Source of the DNA: Felis catus
Taxonomy: Eukaryota
Direction of reading: 5' to 3'
NCBI RefSeq assembly: GCF_018350175.1
Contig: NC_058368.1
Coordinates: 52,702,001-52,766,000 of the forward strand
DNA: 64,000 nt
The position numbers were made by a program, and so were the translations under genes. Shown one piece after another: positions 60,616-64,000 of this stretch (positions are counted from its first letter, which is position 1; every line of letters begins with the position of its first letter). Under the pieces are notes generated by a model that did no database searches, was not told where the DNA came from, and saw nothing but the letters and a program-made list of their open reading frames with translations.

Positions 60616-62398
60616 TGTAAATAATATTTCTAAAAAAAACCACCCATCCAAGTAGAAAACCAAGATCATTTTATGGGAATTTTCCTTTTTTAATTTAAAA
60701 TTTTCACTGATTCAGTTCCTGTAATTACTATTTTTCTTCCCAAGTCTGTGGGCTGAGTCCACGAGCTGCCAACCCTGTGGGCCTGAGATACTTGGAAAAT
60801 AGCTAGGATGTTAAAATTTCAAATAGAATTTGGACCTTCCATTTCCTTAGGCAAATAATTGTTCTTGTGTTTCCAACTCTACTGATGATCTTTTGCTTCT
60901 AGAAAAATTTGAAAGAGAATTCCTCAGAGTTTTTTTGTTTTCTTTAAATCAACTTGCAAAACCCAAACAAGCTTGCCTGGTGTACTAGAATGTGATAGTA
61001 TCTTCCTAAAGACTTCTCAGGAGAGTGAAGTGATCAGAAAGCAACGTGATAGGAAGTACTTGCCTTTCTTCACTTAAAAGACACAAACAAAACAAAAGAA
61101 TAACAAATATTTGCTACTCCGAAGAACTGGATGAAAGGTACAAATGGTAAAACTTCATTAATATCGTAAAGCTTGTTAATATCATGTGGCATCCATGATT
61201 TCCAGTTATTTGGTATACTTGAAGGATAAAAAGATCCAAAGACTAAAAACTATTAAAAAGTGATAACTTCGTGTGTGATGTATATATTGTTGTCATGAAA
61301 TTCTGGGGACATGTTTAGGTACTTCCAATATGAAGTCTGATTCATTAATTGGTTTGTGCTTTAAGAGTGTCATATTCTGCTACTTTTATCTATAGTCCTG
61401 TGAGTCCACGGCCAGCCCAGGTTGGGTAGAGTGCCTACAAGTACAGTGGACAAAAGACTAATGTGCTTACGCAAAGGACTAATGGTGTCTGCCTGGCTGA
61501 ATTGAGAACGAGTTTGGTTAGGAGAGAATGGCTGTAATACAAAAATGAAAGGGCAAAACTGGCTTCATCTAGAAGAATTGAAGAGGGTGGAGGGAGCTGC
61601 TACTTGTATATTACAGTTTGAAGTCCCCTGAATTTTTGTGAGGCATCATTGGTTGGAACTTCTTGTAGGTATCAGTACTGAAACAGCGTGTGGCCATGGA
61701 ACGTGGGACTGGCTAGTTTCACTGGTGTGATAGATCTGAATCAGAGAAGGCAAGCCTGAATGGAGTCGGCGGTATATAAGGGTCTGTCGGGTGGACTTCC
61801 AAAAGGGCAGAGGATCCTGCAAAAGATTCTGAGGCAGGGGGCAAATTTGGACTTGAACAAGCAGTTTTAGTTCTGTGTTTTAGACTCTGCAAACTCTTTA
61901 AAACTAATTTGGGTTCAACACACAGATGATATGCTCCTTTGACTAAACAAGTAACATTTTAGTTTGGCTTCTATTTTCCTTTAAAAAATTGGCATGGCTG
62001 AATATTTTATCATAGGCTAAAGCTGAGTTATTCTATTTAAATAGCACCTTGAAAATATAACACTTAAAACCAGACTGTTTTAGCAAATATACATGGGCCT
62101 TTAGAGAATTTATTTTGGGACCCAGTTTTATTTCTTTTTTAATCACATATTTCTGCTCCGCTGGAAGATCTGCTGAATTTAGACTTCCAAGCAACATGAG
62201 CCCCATTAAGTTTTCATCCACCAGGTCTTTTCCTAACCATCTTGTCTTGTGTAGGAGACTTCTGGAACATGTAAGCCAATGATGAGGTACAGACAGATCT
62301 CTCTCTCTCTCACCTTAGTTCCTAATTAATAGATCCAGTTCTGGGTACAAGTAGTTATACAGGAAATATTAATTTTCTTACGTTTTCTAACAAATTCA

Positions 62399-63026
62399 TT
62401 TTTAAAATTTTTATTTAAATTCCAGTTAGTTAACATAGAGTGTAATATTAGTTTCAGGTGTACAATATAGAGATTCAACAGTTCTATACATCACCTGGTG
62501 CTCATCATAAGTGCACTCCTTCATCCCCAACACCTATTTAAGCCATCCCCCCGCCGAGCTCCCTTATGGTAATCATCAGTTTATTATCTAGAGTTAAGAG
62601 TCTGTTTCTTGGTTTGCCTCTCTTGGTCTCTTGGTCTCTTGGTTTGTTTTTTTTTCCCCATTCTTGTTTGTTCTGTTTCTTAAATTCCACTTATGAGTGA
62701 AATCATATGGTATTTGTCTTTTTCTGACTGACTTATTTCACTTAGGGTAACACATTAGGGTAGCTCCATCCATGTCGCTATAAATGGCATGATTTCATTC
62801 TTTCTAATGGCTGAGTAATATTCCATTATGTATAGATACTACATCTTCTTTATCCATTCATTAGTCAATGGACCTTTGGGCTATTTCCATAATTTGGCTT
62901 GTGGATAATGCTGCTATAAACATTGGGGTGCATGTATCCCTTTGAATTAATATTTTTGTCTTCTTTGGATAAATAGTGTAATTGCTGGATTGTAGGGTAG
63001 TTCTGTTTTTGACTTTTTGAGGAACT
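62399..63026 (-). mobile_element. 5'-truncated carnivore L1 (3' UTR plus ORF2 end)
   Basis: tttatttaaattccagttagttaacatagagtg...ccacttatgagtgaaatcatatgg...ttttgaggaact; degenerate TSD tctaaca. Confidence 0.92.
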
Positions 63027-63109
63027 CTAACACAGTATTTTTAAGGTAGAAATAGGTGATATATTTTCCTTCCACTAATCTAGTCCTATCCTGGAAACTC
63101 ATTCTCTTA

Positions 63110-64000
63110 TTCTTATGCTAAACAAGCACTGATTGAACATCTACAATACAACAACCATTGTGCTAGACATAGAGGGTACAGACATGAAAAATTCTCTCTG
63201 TGTTCATGGAACTCATAGTCAAGTGGGGGATATGAACAAAAACTAGAAATGTCAATTCAGTATGGTAAGTGCTACACTAGAGTGTCCTTTGAACCCAGGG
63301 AAGAGCCCTCTAACCTAGCTGAGGGAGGAAGTGGATTAAAAAAAGAAAGATCAGGGGCTCCTGGGTGGCTCAGTGGGTTAATTCATTTCAGGTCATGATC
63401 TCGCAGTTTGTGAGTTCGAGCTCCTCATCGGCCTCTGTGCTGACAGCTCGGAGCCTGGAGCCTGCTTCCGATTCTGTGTCTCCCCCTCTCTCTGCCCCTC
63501 CCCTGCTCATGCTCTGTATCTCTGTCTCTCAATAATAAATAAATGCTAAAAAAATTAAAGAAAGAAAGAAAGATCATAATTAAGCTGAATTCTTAAAGGA
63601 GGAGGGAAATTTAGTTCAGGTGGAGAAGTCTAGACAGGGTATCTTGGGTCAATAGTAGAGCATCAGCAAAGGAATAGAAGCAAGTGGCTTGAGGGAAGGT
63701 CATTATGTATGCCTGAAGCACTGGGGTCAGGGAAGATAAGATAGAAAGGAGCCATATCTTGGCCTTACATGTCAAGAGTATGGACTTTAACACAAAACAA
63801 GGAGGACTTTAAGCTAAACTCAAGGGCACAGAAGTATTCCAAGGAGGAGATTTTGCATTTTCAAAAGGCCACTCAGGTAAGGTTGAGGAGGGTGTGTTGG
63901 TTGAGGCAGGAGGAAGTTCTTCTTTTGAGAAGATTAGTCAGGAGATGTGTACCACATACAGCTGAGACAGGAAGAATTTTTGAGCCAAGTTACTAATGAG
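63110..64000 (-). mobile_element. L2 remnant interrupted by a SINE
   Basis: aacaagcactgattgaacatctac...tgttcatggaactcatagtc...gagtatggacttt...gattttgcattttcaaaaggccactc. Confidence 0.7.
63354..63564 (+). mobile_element. Can-SINE
   Basis: TSD aaagaaagatca at 63342-63353 and 63565-63576. Confidence 0.95.

Noticed and set aside
62618..62642. (TCTCTTGG)3
   Set aside because: Trivial slippage inside an L1 3' UTR

Overview
Mammalian genomic DNA from a felid (cat family): it is dense in tRNA-derived Can-SINEs of the SINEC_Fc type and has carnivore L1 3' ends. The only recognisable protein-coding sequence is exon 1 of OBI1/RNF219 (ORC ubiquitin ligase 1, RING E3) on the minus strand. Its CDS is 12067->11996 (MAQTVQNVTLSLTLPITCHICLGK, donor AAG|GTAATG), inside a CpG-island promoter. 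Bases 1-11995 are intron 1 (I could not find exon 2 in the window), and ~12.3-64 kb is upstream intergenic DNA. The rest is about 30 Can-SINEs, L1/L2/MIR remnants, MaLR/ERVL/ERV1 solo LTRs, DNA-transposon relics, microsatellites and a few repeat-poor, motif-rich islands. I found no new protein-coding system, and nearly all ORFs in the track are repeat artefacts. The best leads are all hypotheses: (i) a strong minus-strand bias of retroelements upstream of OBI1 plus well-formed plus-strand exon candidates, suggesting an unannotated divergent lncRNA or a replication/strand asymmetry; (ii) a (GT)20(GC)13 Z-DNA tract about 1.25 kb upstream of OBI1; (iii) octamer/E-box-rich islands that could be distal enhancers, possibly of the neighbouring POU4F1; (iv) very young, possibly polymorphic SINEs and inverted SINE pairs. 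Repeat family names were assigned by eye from remembered consensus sequences, and boundaries are approximate unless a target-site duplication (TSD) is given.
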